Shown here piece by piece: positions 1 through 8,794 of a stretch of DNA of 64,000 nt (positions are counted from its first letter, which is position 1; the number at the start of each line of letters is the position of its first letter). The notes beneath the pieces were generated by a model that worked only from the letters and a program-made list of their open reading frames with translations, had not been told where the DNA came from and did no database searches. This DNA comes from a virus, in the IMG/VR virus record IMGVR_UViG_3300037041_000399, positions 14,237-78,236 of that record; one strand, written 5' to 3'. Both the position numbers and the translations under genes were made by a program.

Positions 1-5
1 CAGAA

Positions 6-1385
6 TTGCCAGGCATTACAGCACAATTTGCTAAGATGCTAGTAGGTGGTATGTTGAGAAAACCCCCTATTATTGAATTACCTGAGAATGCGCCTGAAGA
101 AGCATTAGACTGGCTTACTAATAACATTGGTAGAGATGATTGTACTCTTGTAGCTTTCTTAGATGATATCTTATGGGAAGAAGTACAGACTTCTAGAGCA
201 TGGATATTTGTAGATTATCCTAATGTAGAAAATCCAGATGCACTAGATAAAGAAGTTAAAGATCAAATTAAACCATATCCTATCTTGCAAAAAGCTGAAA
301 CAATTATTAACTGGTCTACTACAACAAATATGTTTGGCAAGACAGTATTAAATCGTGTTATTGTAAAAGGATATATGGATGATTATTCTGTAAACGAATT
401 TCATGCCACTCGTGTGCCTGCTGTTTGGGTACATGAATTAGATGAGAAAAATGAGTACAGAATTAGAATTTATGCTGGTACTGTTGCAGACAATGGTGAC
501 CAAACAATTAAGCCAGGGGATGCTGCTAGTAGAGGCGATCGTTTATTACCTTCAGGCGGCTTTGAGTTAGTAGCAGTTTTAGACAGCATTATGTCTAATG
601 GTGAAAAATTAACTCACATCCCTGCATGGCCTTTGAACGGCAATATCACTCCTGTAACACCCTTGTTAGCACCTATTGTTGACAAAGAAATTAGCTTGTA
701 CAATAAGATTAGTAGACGTAATCATTTATTATATGGTGCTTCTACGTATACACCTGTTATTGCATCTGATATGCCAGACGAAGAATTTGAGGATATTGTG
801 AATTCTGGATTAGGTGCTTGGATACGACTAAGACAGGGCGATACAGCGACTGTACTAGAAACGCCTACAGCAGCTTTAGCAGATATGCAGGCGGCTATTG
901 CAGCTACTATGGATGAGATGGCTAAGCTTGGTATTAGAATGCTAACAACAGAAAACGAACAATCTGGTGTTGCGTTAGAGATACGTAATGCCTCTCAGAC
1001 CGCACAGTTAGCTGTTTTAAGTACTAAAATATCAAATACAATGAAGCAAGTTATTTGCCTAATGCTTAACTGGCGTTATAACTTAGATTGTGAAGCTTGT
1101 GATATTACATTTGAGCTGTCTGCAGATTTTGATCCAGTACCATTAGGCGCTGATTGGCTAAACTTAATTACACAATGGTATCAAGGCGGATTATTGCCAA
1201 GATCTGTTTGGTTACAAATGTTGAAAGCTAATGATATTCTAAATGCTGAATATGATGACGAAGAGGCATTAGCAGAAGTTAATAACGATCAGCAAATTAT
1301 CCCTGCTGCAACTAAATACAATGATCAGTATGCCTTGCAAACTGAGGCAGCTGCAACTGGAAAGGCCTCTGCGCCTAAGGAGTAA
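6..1385 (+). CDS. Portal protein (DUF4055/SPP1-like), probably 5'-truncated by the window edge
   Basis: First gene of the head cluster; helical C-terminal half (SGVALEIRNASQTAQLA...SADF...LKANDIL) typical of siphovirus portals; followed by MuF, scaffold and capsid genes. Confidence 0.8.
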   Translation: MPGITAQFAKMLVGGMLRKPPIIELPENAPEEALDWLTNNIGRDDCTLVAFLDDILWEEVQTSRAWIFVDYPNVENPDALDKEVKDQIKPYPILQKAETIINWSTTTNMFGKTVLNRVIVKGYMDDYSVNEFHATRVPAVWVHELDEKNEYRIRIYAGTVADNGDQTIKPGDAASRGDRLLPSGGFELVAVLDSIMSNGEKLTHIPAWPLNGNITPVTPLLAPIVDKEISLYNKISRRNHLLYGASTYTPVIASDMPDEEFEDIVNSGLGAWIRLRQGDTATVLETPTAALADMQAAIAATMDEMAKLGIRMLTTENEQSGVALEIRNASQTAQLAVLSTKISNTMKQVICLMLNWRYNLDCEACDITFELSADFDPVPLGADWLNLITQWYQGGLLPRSVWLQMLKANDILNAEYDDEEALAEVNNDQQIIPAATKYNDQYALQTEAAATGKASAPKE

Positions 1386-1387
1386 AA

Positions 1388-1951
1388 ATGAAAAGTGTAA
1401 GAAGAAGTATGGCTCTTAAGGGCAATACAAATGCTAAAGGAGCTAGAGGTGGCGCTACTGTTGGTGCTATTGGCGGTTTATTTGGTGTACCAGGCTCTTT
1501 AGTGGCTGGTATGGTTGCACAGAATCATGCCAACAAGTCATTAGGCACAGCTAATAAAGCACAAGGCGAACGTGTTCTTAGTAGACAACGTAAGGCGTCA
1601 ACTGGAATCGGAGCAGCTTCTGTAGGCGCATCGATTGGTTATAAGTCGGCGATGATGGCTAGTCCTGCAACAATGCTAGCAGGTTTTAAAGGTGGCTCTA
1701 TGATATCGAGTGCTGCGTTAGCTTCTGGCGTTGGTATGACAAAAGGAATGGTTGTTGCTGGAGTAGGCGGTGCTGTTGCAGGTGCTATTATTGGTGGCGG
1801 TATGAATTACTTAGCCTCTCGTGCTGGTTCTGCAATTATTGGAAGTCCTGAGAAAAAGAAAAATGTAGCGCGTGATGTAAAAGCACTACAAGCACACATG
1901 AAGGCAGGTAAACCCTTATCTGCCACTAAGATGACTAAACTCGCTTATTAG
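1388..1951 (+). CDS. Basic Gly/Ala-rich protein with glycine-zipper-like hydrophobic segments
   Basis: ORF with RBS (aaggag); GxxxG repeats (GATVGAIGGLFG, GVGGAVAGAIIGGG); Lys/Arg-rich termini; no Cys. Confidence 0.6.
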   Translation: MKSVRRSMALKGNTNAKGARGGATVGAIGGLFGVPGSLVAGMVAQNHANKSLGTANKAQGERVLSRQRKASTGIGAASVGASIGYKSAMMASPATMLAGFKGGSMISSAALASGVGMTKGMVVAGVGGAVAGAIIGGGMNYLASRAGSAIIGSPEKKKNVARDVKALQAHMKAGKPLSATKMTKLAY

Positions 1952-1959
1952 GTTTAAAA

Positions 1960-4900
1960 ATGGCCGTTAATGCTAACACACAAATTTATGACAAGACGCT
2001 AGATCGTGCTGCAATGACACGCCTTTATGAAAGAAGAGTCTCCGGAAAAGTAGATTTAATCATTGATGGCCATGTCCTACGTCTTGACAAATTAATAAAA
2101 GCTTTTGAAAGTATGAACCCCTTTCGTAAAGAACTGGATAGAGAACTTACAAAGACTTACAAAAATGTAAATAATACTGTACATAAAGACTTATTGTCTT
2201 TAACAACAGACCAGTTATCTTTTGCCTATCAAAAGGTGGAAGTAGCTATGGGTAATATTTGGCGTACAGAAAGACCTAAGCAAAGAGTTGCAGAAGAAAT
2301 AGCACTAGCAAATCCACTTCACAAAAACCAAACAATGGAACAAGGTTGGAGTGGGATTGCTAATAATGAAAAGATTAGACTAGAAGCTGTAATACGTAAA
2401 GGTATTGCTGACGGAAAGACAATGGACCAGATAGCTCTTGAAGTTCGTACTGGTAATGTACATAAGATTACAAGAACACAAGCTAAGGGTTTAGTTATTA
2501 CTGCTGTTACTTCTGTGTGCTCTCAAGCTGATCATGCAATCTATAAAGCAAATGGTAAAGCCTTACAAGGGTGGCAATATGTATCTGTTCTTGATGCTCG
2601 CACAACCCCTATCTGCGCTGGTCGCGATGGGCATATTTATGACATTTCTGATACTGTACATCTCCCTCCAGCTCATTGGCATTGTCGTTCAACAACTACT
2701 CCTGTGTTTAAATCATGGGAAGATATGTCAAAGCTTGAAGGAGTTGCACAGGTTCGTAAACGAAACTTAGCAGGACTTACGGATGATCAGAAAGCCTTTT
2801 ATGATGGCAATACACCATTAAGAGAAAGTTATAATGACTGGCTGCTAAGACAACCTCAAGACATCCAATTAAGACACTTAGGTGATTATAAAAAAGTTAG
2901 TATGTTTAATAGTCAGCAGTTAACTTTAGACAAATTTACGAATGATGAAGGCAATACTATTGGTATTACTGAACTGAGACGTATGACGGACTCTACGTAT
3001 ACTCTTCCAAATGATACACAAAAGTTTGCTAATGCTAAAGCTAAATTAGATGCGATGCAATTACATGCAACAACGCCTGAAGCCTTTTATCAAGATACAA
3101 AATTAGTAAATACATTAAGAGATTATTATTTATTACAAGCTGGCGAATTAGATGGTACTCTATCCCTCACAAACTATCGCGGTTCCCTCTTACATACCAA
3201 GAAGGCTACCAAATCACGAGTACTCAACAGCTTGCCAACAGAAGAGCAAACAATCTTCAATCCAGTTACAGGTCGTTACGAAGACGTCAGATTGTACCAA
3301 CCAAACGTTGAGGTATTAAATAATAACCTAAGATTACTACGTGAAAGCCCTGTATTAAAGCAAGAAGATAAAGACTTCATTGAGAAGTTTATTGGCAGTC
3401 TTGATGAAAAGATGGGTGCTAATGAAAGAGCTGCTGTAGCAGATAATCTTCGTATTATATTCACTAGGTTCCGTAATAACGGAGAGCAATGGGGTAACTT
3501 CAAGGCTGTAGTACAAGGTCAGATTAAGTTTGATGTAATGAATGTATCAGATTCTCTTGAAACACAATTAAGAAGAGATACTGATGTACTTAAGAAATTA
3601 ACGCAAGACAATTACATTGACCCTATACTAGGCCCTACTCAGCTACAAGATCTTCATGATAATTTTATCAACAATATTCGTGCTAGAAATAACTGGGAAG
3701 ATAGTGTTGCTCCTAAGATTGCTAGAGAATTACGCAATGTATTTGATTACAAGATACCTATTAAATTAAAAAGAATGCCTAATGGCAAAGAACGATTATC
3801 AGAAGCTGATTTAGATCAATTTTATTTACGATTTGCGCACAGATTAAGTATGGCAGATATGCCGGATAGAGATCAATTTGCAGTTGCATTAGGACGTGAC
3901 TTATATAATATGTCAGGCTTAAATGGTAATCGCAAAGAATGGTATGATTTAGGGATGTCAATGTTAGAAGCAAAGAATGTTACTAAGTTCTTTGAAGTAG
4001 AAACATTTGGCGTTCAAAAGCGAAGAATGAAAAGCAGATTGAGCAACAGTCTGTTTGGCCCTTATTATGACACTCTGTCATATAACATACGGGTTACTGA
4101 TCCTCGTGTACAAGAGTATGCGCAGCTCACAAGGAAAGTGGAAGTCGGCCTACGTGTTGGCGTTACATCTGAGAAGAACAAGTTGCTATTCCGCGAGGGT
4201 TATAAAACGTACTTTATTGACAGAGGTCTCCTAGGTTTAGAAGATACTCGTATTCCCATTACATCTACAAACAGCTTTAGTGATTTTCCTGAACAATTTG
4301 TTGATAAGAACCTAGCTAATGCTTTAAATTGGGCATCAAAGTCTAAGTATAAAATTGACGAAGATTTTTATGATTTTACAAAGAAATTATTGTACTTCGA
4401 AGATGATAGAGGCAACGCTAAGAAGTATAACGAATTGAATGAATATAAACACTATATTTCTTCTAGGGGAGATGCCTATGAAAGATTCAAATCGATGGAC
4501 TGGTTACGGACACGAGGATATTCTTTTAGTAATCATGCTTTTGTTGACCATCGTGCTCGTATATATGATCGCGGACTCATTAGTCCTCAGTCAGGAGAGT
4601 CCTTCAGACCATTCCTTAATACCGAACAATCAAAAGTGTTGGGTGAGGCTGGATACAGAAACTTCAGAGACCAAATAGGTGCATTTATGGGCGGTCTTAA
4701 TGATACTTTTGAAGGGCGATATAATTCATTATCCTTTACTGGTAGACAAAAGATTGCTGATAAGCTATGGCCAGATATGGTAGATATTGGCAACAAGATG
4801 CTACGTGGTAAGCCTGCTGATCTTCGTGCTATATTAGAATCAGAAATGGTACAATTAGTAGATGGTGAAGAACTAGGCAAGTTCTTTAGGTTTGCTATGG

Positions 4901-7275
4901 AATCAGCTAAGATAGATAATCATTTAAAAGCTGGTGGTACTATGGAAGACTATAAGACAGCCTTAGCTTTAGAACAAGATGCTTCATCTTCTGGTGCTCA
5001 AATTATTGCATTAACAACAAAGAACAAACAGTTAGCTGAATTATCTAATGTTGTACCTACAAATCAAAAACGTAGATTGTACGATGAGATTGCTGCTGCC
5101 ACTTATAATGATCCTCGTTTTAAAGTATTAAACGAGAAGTTGGGGTTAAATGAAAAAGATTTACGGAAGGCGGCTAAAGCTCAGAACATGGTTACTTTTT
5201 ATGGTGCAGGTGAACGAACTGGCATCCTTAATGTGGAAGGCAAGCTCGCAAAGATTTTGGAAAAGGCACCTGCAAAGCCTATAGAGGTTAAGGTAACAGA
5301 GGGTTTGTTATCTGAAAGACAAGACTCAGCTGGTTTACTACGTGTATTAGGTGTTGAAAACAAAACAGATCCAAATTATGTAGGGACTCCCGAAGAGATT
5401 ATTAAAGCTCAAGGTGATCTAATTGCTAAAGCTATGAAAGGTAAGTTATCTCCTGCAGAATTAAAAGATACATTTAAATGGTTACATACTGCTGATATTG
5501 AATTGACAGATGCTCGTAGAGAAAGAGCTACATATAAAACATTTGATCATAAGACTGGTGAAAAATTCTCTAAAGAAAAGATAGCTGAAAATAAGGCTAA
5601 ATTTGAACAGCGCTCAAAAGGCGATACTAAGAAATATATTGCTATGCAAGTTGTAGAAGAACTCGGTGAGTTTTTGGATGAGCATTTAAAATCTTTAAAT
5701 GTCCCTTCCAATTCAAGAGCTTTTAAATTACTAGAAGCTCAAAAGCGTATCTTAAAGTCAAATAGATTTGGTGAAGACACTATTATTAAAGATGAAGCTA
5801 GTGTTTATAATTTAAAGACAAATAAACAAGCTGCTGAAATGGCTTTAGAAGATGCAGAATTTACCGTTGCTACAGCTGATACTGAAAAGACTATAGCAGA
5901 TCTTAACTTAGCATTACAAGAAGAATTAGTCAATGTAACTAAAAAGCCTGAATCTTTTGCATCTACTTTAGTTGTTAAAGCATCTGATCGTGATAAGGTA
6001 CTTAATGAAATATCTGCAAGAGCAGCGAGATACGAAAGGTTTGACCCTGAAACAGCTAATGAGCTTAAAGAACTCAGAGCGAATGTACGAGATATCTTTA
6101 ATAAAGGTCAGGATCCTGGCGACGATATTATGGAAGCGCTCTACTTCCTCGATCCAGAGACTAAACAGTTAGTTGAAAAGATGTCTCATCAATATGGCAG
6201 AGTCGTAACACCTGCTGACTTCCAAGCTATTGCTAAAATTATGTCTGAACAGTTAAGTGAGCAAGTACCTATCTTAAAAGACTTTACTAAGTTCTTTGGT
6301 AGACTTGCTGAAGACTTTTTAATTAACTCTAAGCCTTCTAAATCTGCATTTGATTGGAAAGATATTGGTGCTACTGGTATTCTAGGCACACGTAAGAGAG
6401 GTTATGTACTACCTGATCGTGTGAGTGAAATACTAGGGTTAAAAGCTGGTGAGCCTCTGTCTGAAAAGTTTTTGAGCAGATTTAACGGATGGAAACCAGA
6501 CGGACCTTTATCGGACTTACTATTTGGTGTTAAAGCACCAGATAATAGACGTACAGGTTTTAAAGTCTTTAAATTAGAACCTATTGAAAAAGCAACTATA
6601 TCAAAAGGTTTTGAAATATTCTATGCAAATAAACTTCCTACGTCATGGACTAATGTGCCTTGGGTTAATTTTGACGGTAAAATTATCGAACAAAATTTCA
6701 CTCAGACATTTGAGGAGCGTCTAGCTTATAAGGATAAAGACGGGAATTGGGTTAACAATATACTACAAATACCTCAAAAGACAGAAGCTACATGGTGGGA
6801 ACAAGTCGTAAACGCAGATGGGAAAATTAATGATATCGCAGACGCAGGAAAAGCAAGAACAGCTTTTGCCGTTAACGGGAACCATTCCAACGACGCCACA
6901 TTGGTCAAGAATTTCCATTTGTGGGGAAAGGAAAATGATATTGCCACAAGTACAATCCACGATGCCTTCTTTGCAAACGCAGCAGATATGCTCAATGCAA
7001 GAGCAGGGATTAGAAAGTTGTATGCACGAACTCTTGATGCGTCACCCGTCTTATCTACTCTGAATGAGATGAAAGCTCGCGGGTTGCCTAAAGAACTATA
7101 TGATCAGTACTTACAAGAAGCTATTGACAAGGGATTAATACCTGTAGAAGGGGTGTCCGTTGTTGGCGGCAAAGTACTAAAGAAATCCGATATTCTCACC
7201 AAAGAGAATATTATGTCAGATATACCTGATCCTACTAAATTTGAGGATGATTGGGGTTTTTATGGCATAGGCTGA
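1960..7275 (+). CDS. MuF/SPP1-gp7 head morphogenesis protein fused to a T7-family single-subunit RNA polymerase (candidate virion RNAP)
   Basis: aa ~205-250 WQYVSVLDARTTPICAGRDG...PPAHWHCRS (Phage_Mu_F signature); RNAP motifs DHRARIY (D863), A: EQDASSSGAQ (D1007), B: R1069-x3-K1073-x7-Y1081-G, C: NGNHSNDA...TIHDAF (D1668). Confidence 0.9.
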   Translation: MAVNANTQIYDKTLDRAAMTRLYERRVSGKVDLIIDGHVLRLDKLIKAFESMNPFRKELDRELTKTYKNVNNTVHKDLLSLTTDQLSFAYQKVEVAMGNIWRTERPKQRVAEEIALANPLHKNQTMEQGWSGIANNEKIRLEAVIRKGIADGKTMDQIALEVRTGNVHKITRTQAKGLVITAVTSVCSQADHAIYKANGKALQGWQYVSVLDARTTPICAGRDGHIYDISDTVHLPPAHWHCRSTTTPVFKSWEDMSKLEGVAQVRKRNLAGLTDDQKAFYDGNTPLRESYNDWLLRQPQDIQLRHLGDYKKVSMFNSQQLTLDKFTNDEGNTIGITELRRMTDSTYTLPNDTQKFANAKAKLDAMQLHATTPEAFYQDTKLVNTLRDYYLLQAGELDGTLSLTNYRGSLLHTKKATKSRVLNSLPTEEQTIFNPVTGRYEDVRLYQPNVEVLNNNLRLLRESPVLKQEDKDFIEKFIGSLDEKMGANERAAVADNLRIIFTRFRNNGEQWGNFKAVVQGQIKFDVMNVSDSLETQLRRDTDVLKKLTQDNYIDPILGPTQLQDLHDNFINNIRARNNWEDSVAPKIARELRNVFDYKIPIKLKRMPNGKERLSEADLDQFYLRFAHRLSMADMPDRDQFAVALGRDLYNMSGLNGNRKEWYDLGMSMLEAKNVTKFFEVETFGVQKRRMKSRLSNSLFGPYYDTLSYNIRVTDPRVQEYAQLTRKVEVGLRVGVTSEKNKLLFREGYKTYFIDRGLLGLEDTRIPITSTNSFSDFPEQFVDKNLANALNWASKSKYKIDEDFYDFTKKLLYFEDDRGNAKKYNELNEYKHYISSRGDAYERFKSMDWLRTRGYSFSNHAFVDHRARIYDRGLISPQSGESFRPFLNTEQSKVLGEAGYRNFRDQIGAFMGGLNDTFEGRYNSLSFTGRQKIADKLWPDMVDIGNKMLRGKPADLRAILESEMVQLVDGEELGKFFRFAMESAKIDNHLKAGGTMEDYKTALALEQDASSSGAQIIALTTKNKQLAELSNVVPTNQKRRLYDEIAAATYNDPRFKVLNEKLGLNEKDLRKAAKAQNMVTFYGAGERTGILNVEGKLAKILEKAPAKPIEVKVTEGLLSERQDSAGLLRVLGVENKTDPNYVGTPEEIIKAQGDLIAKAMKGKLSPAELKDTFKWLHTADIELTDARRERATYKTFDHKTGEKFSKEKIAENKAKFEQRSKGDTKKYIAMQVVEELGEFLDEHLKSLNVPSNSRAFKLLEAQKRILKSNRFGEDTIIKDEASVYNLKTNKQAAEMALEDAEFTVATADTEKTIADLNLALQEELVNVTKKPESFASTLVVKASDRDKVLNEISARAARYERFDPETANELKELRANVRDIFNKGQDPGDDIMEALYFLDPETKQLVEKMSHQYGRVVTPADFQAIAKIMSEQLSEQVPILKDFTKFFGRLAEDFLINSKPSKSAFDWKDIGATGILGTRKRGYVLPDRVSEILGLKAGEPLSEKFLSRFNGWKPDGPLSDLLFGVKAPDNRRTGFKVFKLEPIEKATISKGFEIFYANKLPTSWTNVPWVNFDGKIIEQNFTQTFEERLAYKDKDGNWVNNILQIPQKTEATWWEQVVNADGKINDIADAGKARTAFAVNGNHSNDATLVKNFHLWGKENDIATSTIHDAFFANAADMLNARAGIRKLYARTLDASPVLSTLNEMKARGLPKELYDQYLQEAIDKGLIPVEGVSVVGGKVLKKSDILTKENIMSDIPDPTKFEDDWGFYGIG

Positions 7276-7324
7276 AAAGCTATAGCTATTAACATTCTTT
7301 AAACTATACCGAAAGGACTTAAAA

Positions 7325-7789
7325 ATGGAAATTACACAAGACTTCTTGAAAAAGAATTATCATTATGGAGATGGATTTTTATATTCTATTACTACAGGAA
7401 ATTTAGTGGGTCATTTCAATGGGAGTGGGAGAGTTCAAATTACAATAAGACTAAATGGCAAAAAGAAACAATTTTATGCTCACCGTCTTATTTTCCTCTA
7501 TCATAATGGGTATTTACCAGAAATTGTAGATCATATTGATAGAGATCCTGCTAATAATAGAATAGAAAATTTAAGAGCGGCAACACCAACAGAAAGCTCT
7601 TGTAATAGGATTACACCAAATGCTTCAGGCTATCCTGGTGTAGATAAGTATAATAAAAGATGGCGTGCAAAAATTAGATATCAAAATAAATATATACATA
7701 TAGGATATTTTGATACACCTGAAGAAGCTTATAAAGCTTATAATACAACACGTCTAGAATTACATGGCGAATTTGCGCCACAAGGGTAA
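7325..7789 (+). CDS. HNH homing endonuclease with C-terminal AP2-like DNA-binding domain
   Basis: YAHRLIF...VDHIDRDPANNRIENLR (HNH_3) then SGYPGV...WRAKI...IGYFDTPEEAYKAY (AP2). Confidence 0.9.
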   Translation: MEITQDFLKKNYHYGDGFLYSITTGNLVGHFNGSGRVQITIRLNGKKKQFYAHRLIFLYHNGYLPEIVDHIDRDPANNRIENLRAATPTESSCNRITPNASGYPGVDKYNKRWRAKIRYQNKYIHIGYFDTPEEAYKAYNTTRLELHGEFAPQG

Positions 7790-7792
7790 ACT

Positions 7793-7927
7793 ATGAATAC
7801 TGAAATTAAAAGATGTAATTGTAAACACGAAGCGCAAGATAAACTCCACGGCAATGGGATGCGAGTTATGAATGCAACTCAAAAGAAAGACTTCCGTTGC
7901 ACTGTATGTGGAGCAACACATAAGTAA
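7793..7927 (+). CDS. 44-aa putative zinc-binding protein (not in ORF track)
   Basis: MNTEIKRCNCKHEAQDKLHGNGMRVMNATQKKDFRCTVCGATHK; CxC..H and CxxC motifs. Confidence 0.6.
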   Translation: MNTEIKRCNCKHEAQDKLHGNGMRVMNATQKKDFRCTVCGATHK

Positions 7928-7944
7928 CTATTTGGTTGGGAGAC

Positions 7945-7961
7945 CCCGTTAAATTAACCCT
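7945..7961 (+). promoter_or_regulatory. Repeated motif CCCGTTAAATTAACCCT, copy 1 (putative phage RNAP promoter)
   Basis: 16-nt core occurs 5 times, always in intergenic DNA and the same orientation; AATTAACCCTCA matches the start of the T3 promoter consensus. Confidence 0.75.
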
Positions 7962-8029
7962 CAGCCGTCTCCCCCTATATTATAATTAATTATAATGATA
8001 TATAATATAATATATATCTCTTATATAAC

Positions 8030-8054
8030 CCCGTTAAATTAACCCTAAATATAG
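8030..8054 (+). promoter_or_regulatory. Motif copy 2, putative late promoter for scaffold/capsid genes
   Basis: CCCGTTAAATTAACCCTAAATATAG; in T3 register (-17 at 8037) it gives TATA at -4..-1 and G at +1 (8054). Confidence 0.8.
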
Positions 8055-8127
8055 AAATTTAGAGATTCCATCATTATAGATTGTATCTGTAATATATAAA
8101 CGAGTTGTACTCAAAGGAAATAAACAA

Positions 8128-8775
8128 ATGTCTACCGAAACTGATGAAACAAAAACACAAGAAACTAATACTCCTGCTCCGGATAGTACTACTACCACTC
8201 CTCCTGTGGATGACGTGGACAGCAAAATCCAAGAAGCACTTAAGCCTATCAAATCGAAACTCGATAACGCGTATAAAGAGCGTGACGAAGCTTTAAGAAA
8301 AGCAGCAGAGTATGAACAGAAAGAAAAAGAAGCTAATATAGCACGTCTACAAGAAGAAGGAAAACACAAAGAAGCTTATGAACTTCAGTTGGCAGAAGCT
8401 AATGCAAAATTAGAGGCTGTAACAAAGCGTAACATAGAGCTTGCTCGTGATGCAGAAATTAAATCTGTATTAGCAAGTTATACGCTTAGAAATGATAAAG
8501 CTCGAGATATGGCCTATATGGATATAGCTAGCCAACTTGTACAAAATGAACAAGGTGTCTGGATTCACAAGAGTGGTGCTGATCTTAGAACGTTTGTAAA
8601 ACAATTTTCTGAAAACGACGATAATTCTTTCTTGTTTAAACAAAAAGCATCATCAGGTGCAGGTAGCACTTCATCTAGTACTACGCCTTCTACTGACACA
8701 AAACCGAAATCAATATTTCACATGTCTCAGGAAGAGGTACTAAAACTTGCGGCGGAAGGAAAACTACGCCAATAA
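8128..8775 (+). CDS. Capsid scaffolding protein
   Basis: Acidic/Thr-Pro N-terminus, coiled-coil core, S/G-rich linker and short C-terminal helix; directly upstream of the major capsid gene. Confidence 0.8.
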   Translation: MSTETDETKTQETNTPAPDSTTTTPPVDDVDSKIQEALKPIKSKLDNAYKERDEALRKAAEYEQKEKEANIARLQEEGKHKEAYELQLAEANAKLEAVTKRNIELARDAEIKSVLASYTLRNDKARDMAYMDIASQLVQNEQGVWIHKSGADLRTFVKQFSENDDNSFLFKQKASSGAGSTSSSTTPSTDTKPKSIFHMSQEEVLKLAAEGKLRQ

Positions 8776-8794
8776 ACTACTAAGGAATTAAAAA

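Noticed and set aside
6662-6677. GGGTTAATTTTGACGG resembling the reverse complement of the promoter motif
   Set aside because: Imperfect match lying in coding sequence (WVNFDG); most likely chance
7952-7963. AATTAACCCTCA as T3-promoter vector contamination
   Set aside because: Match stops after 12 nt, and the motif recurs five times in native intergenic contexts with its own upstream consensus
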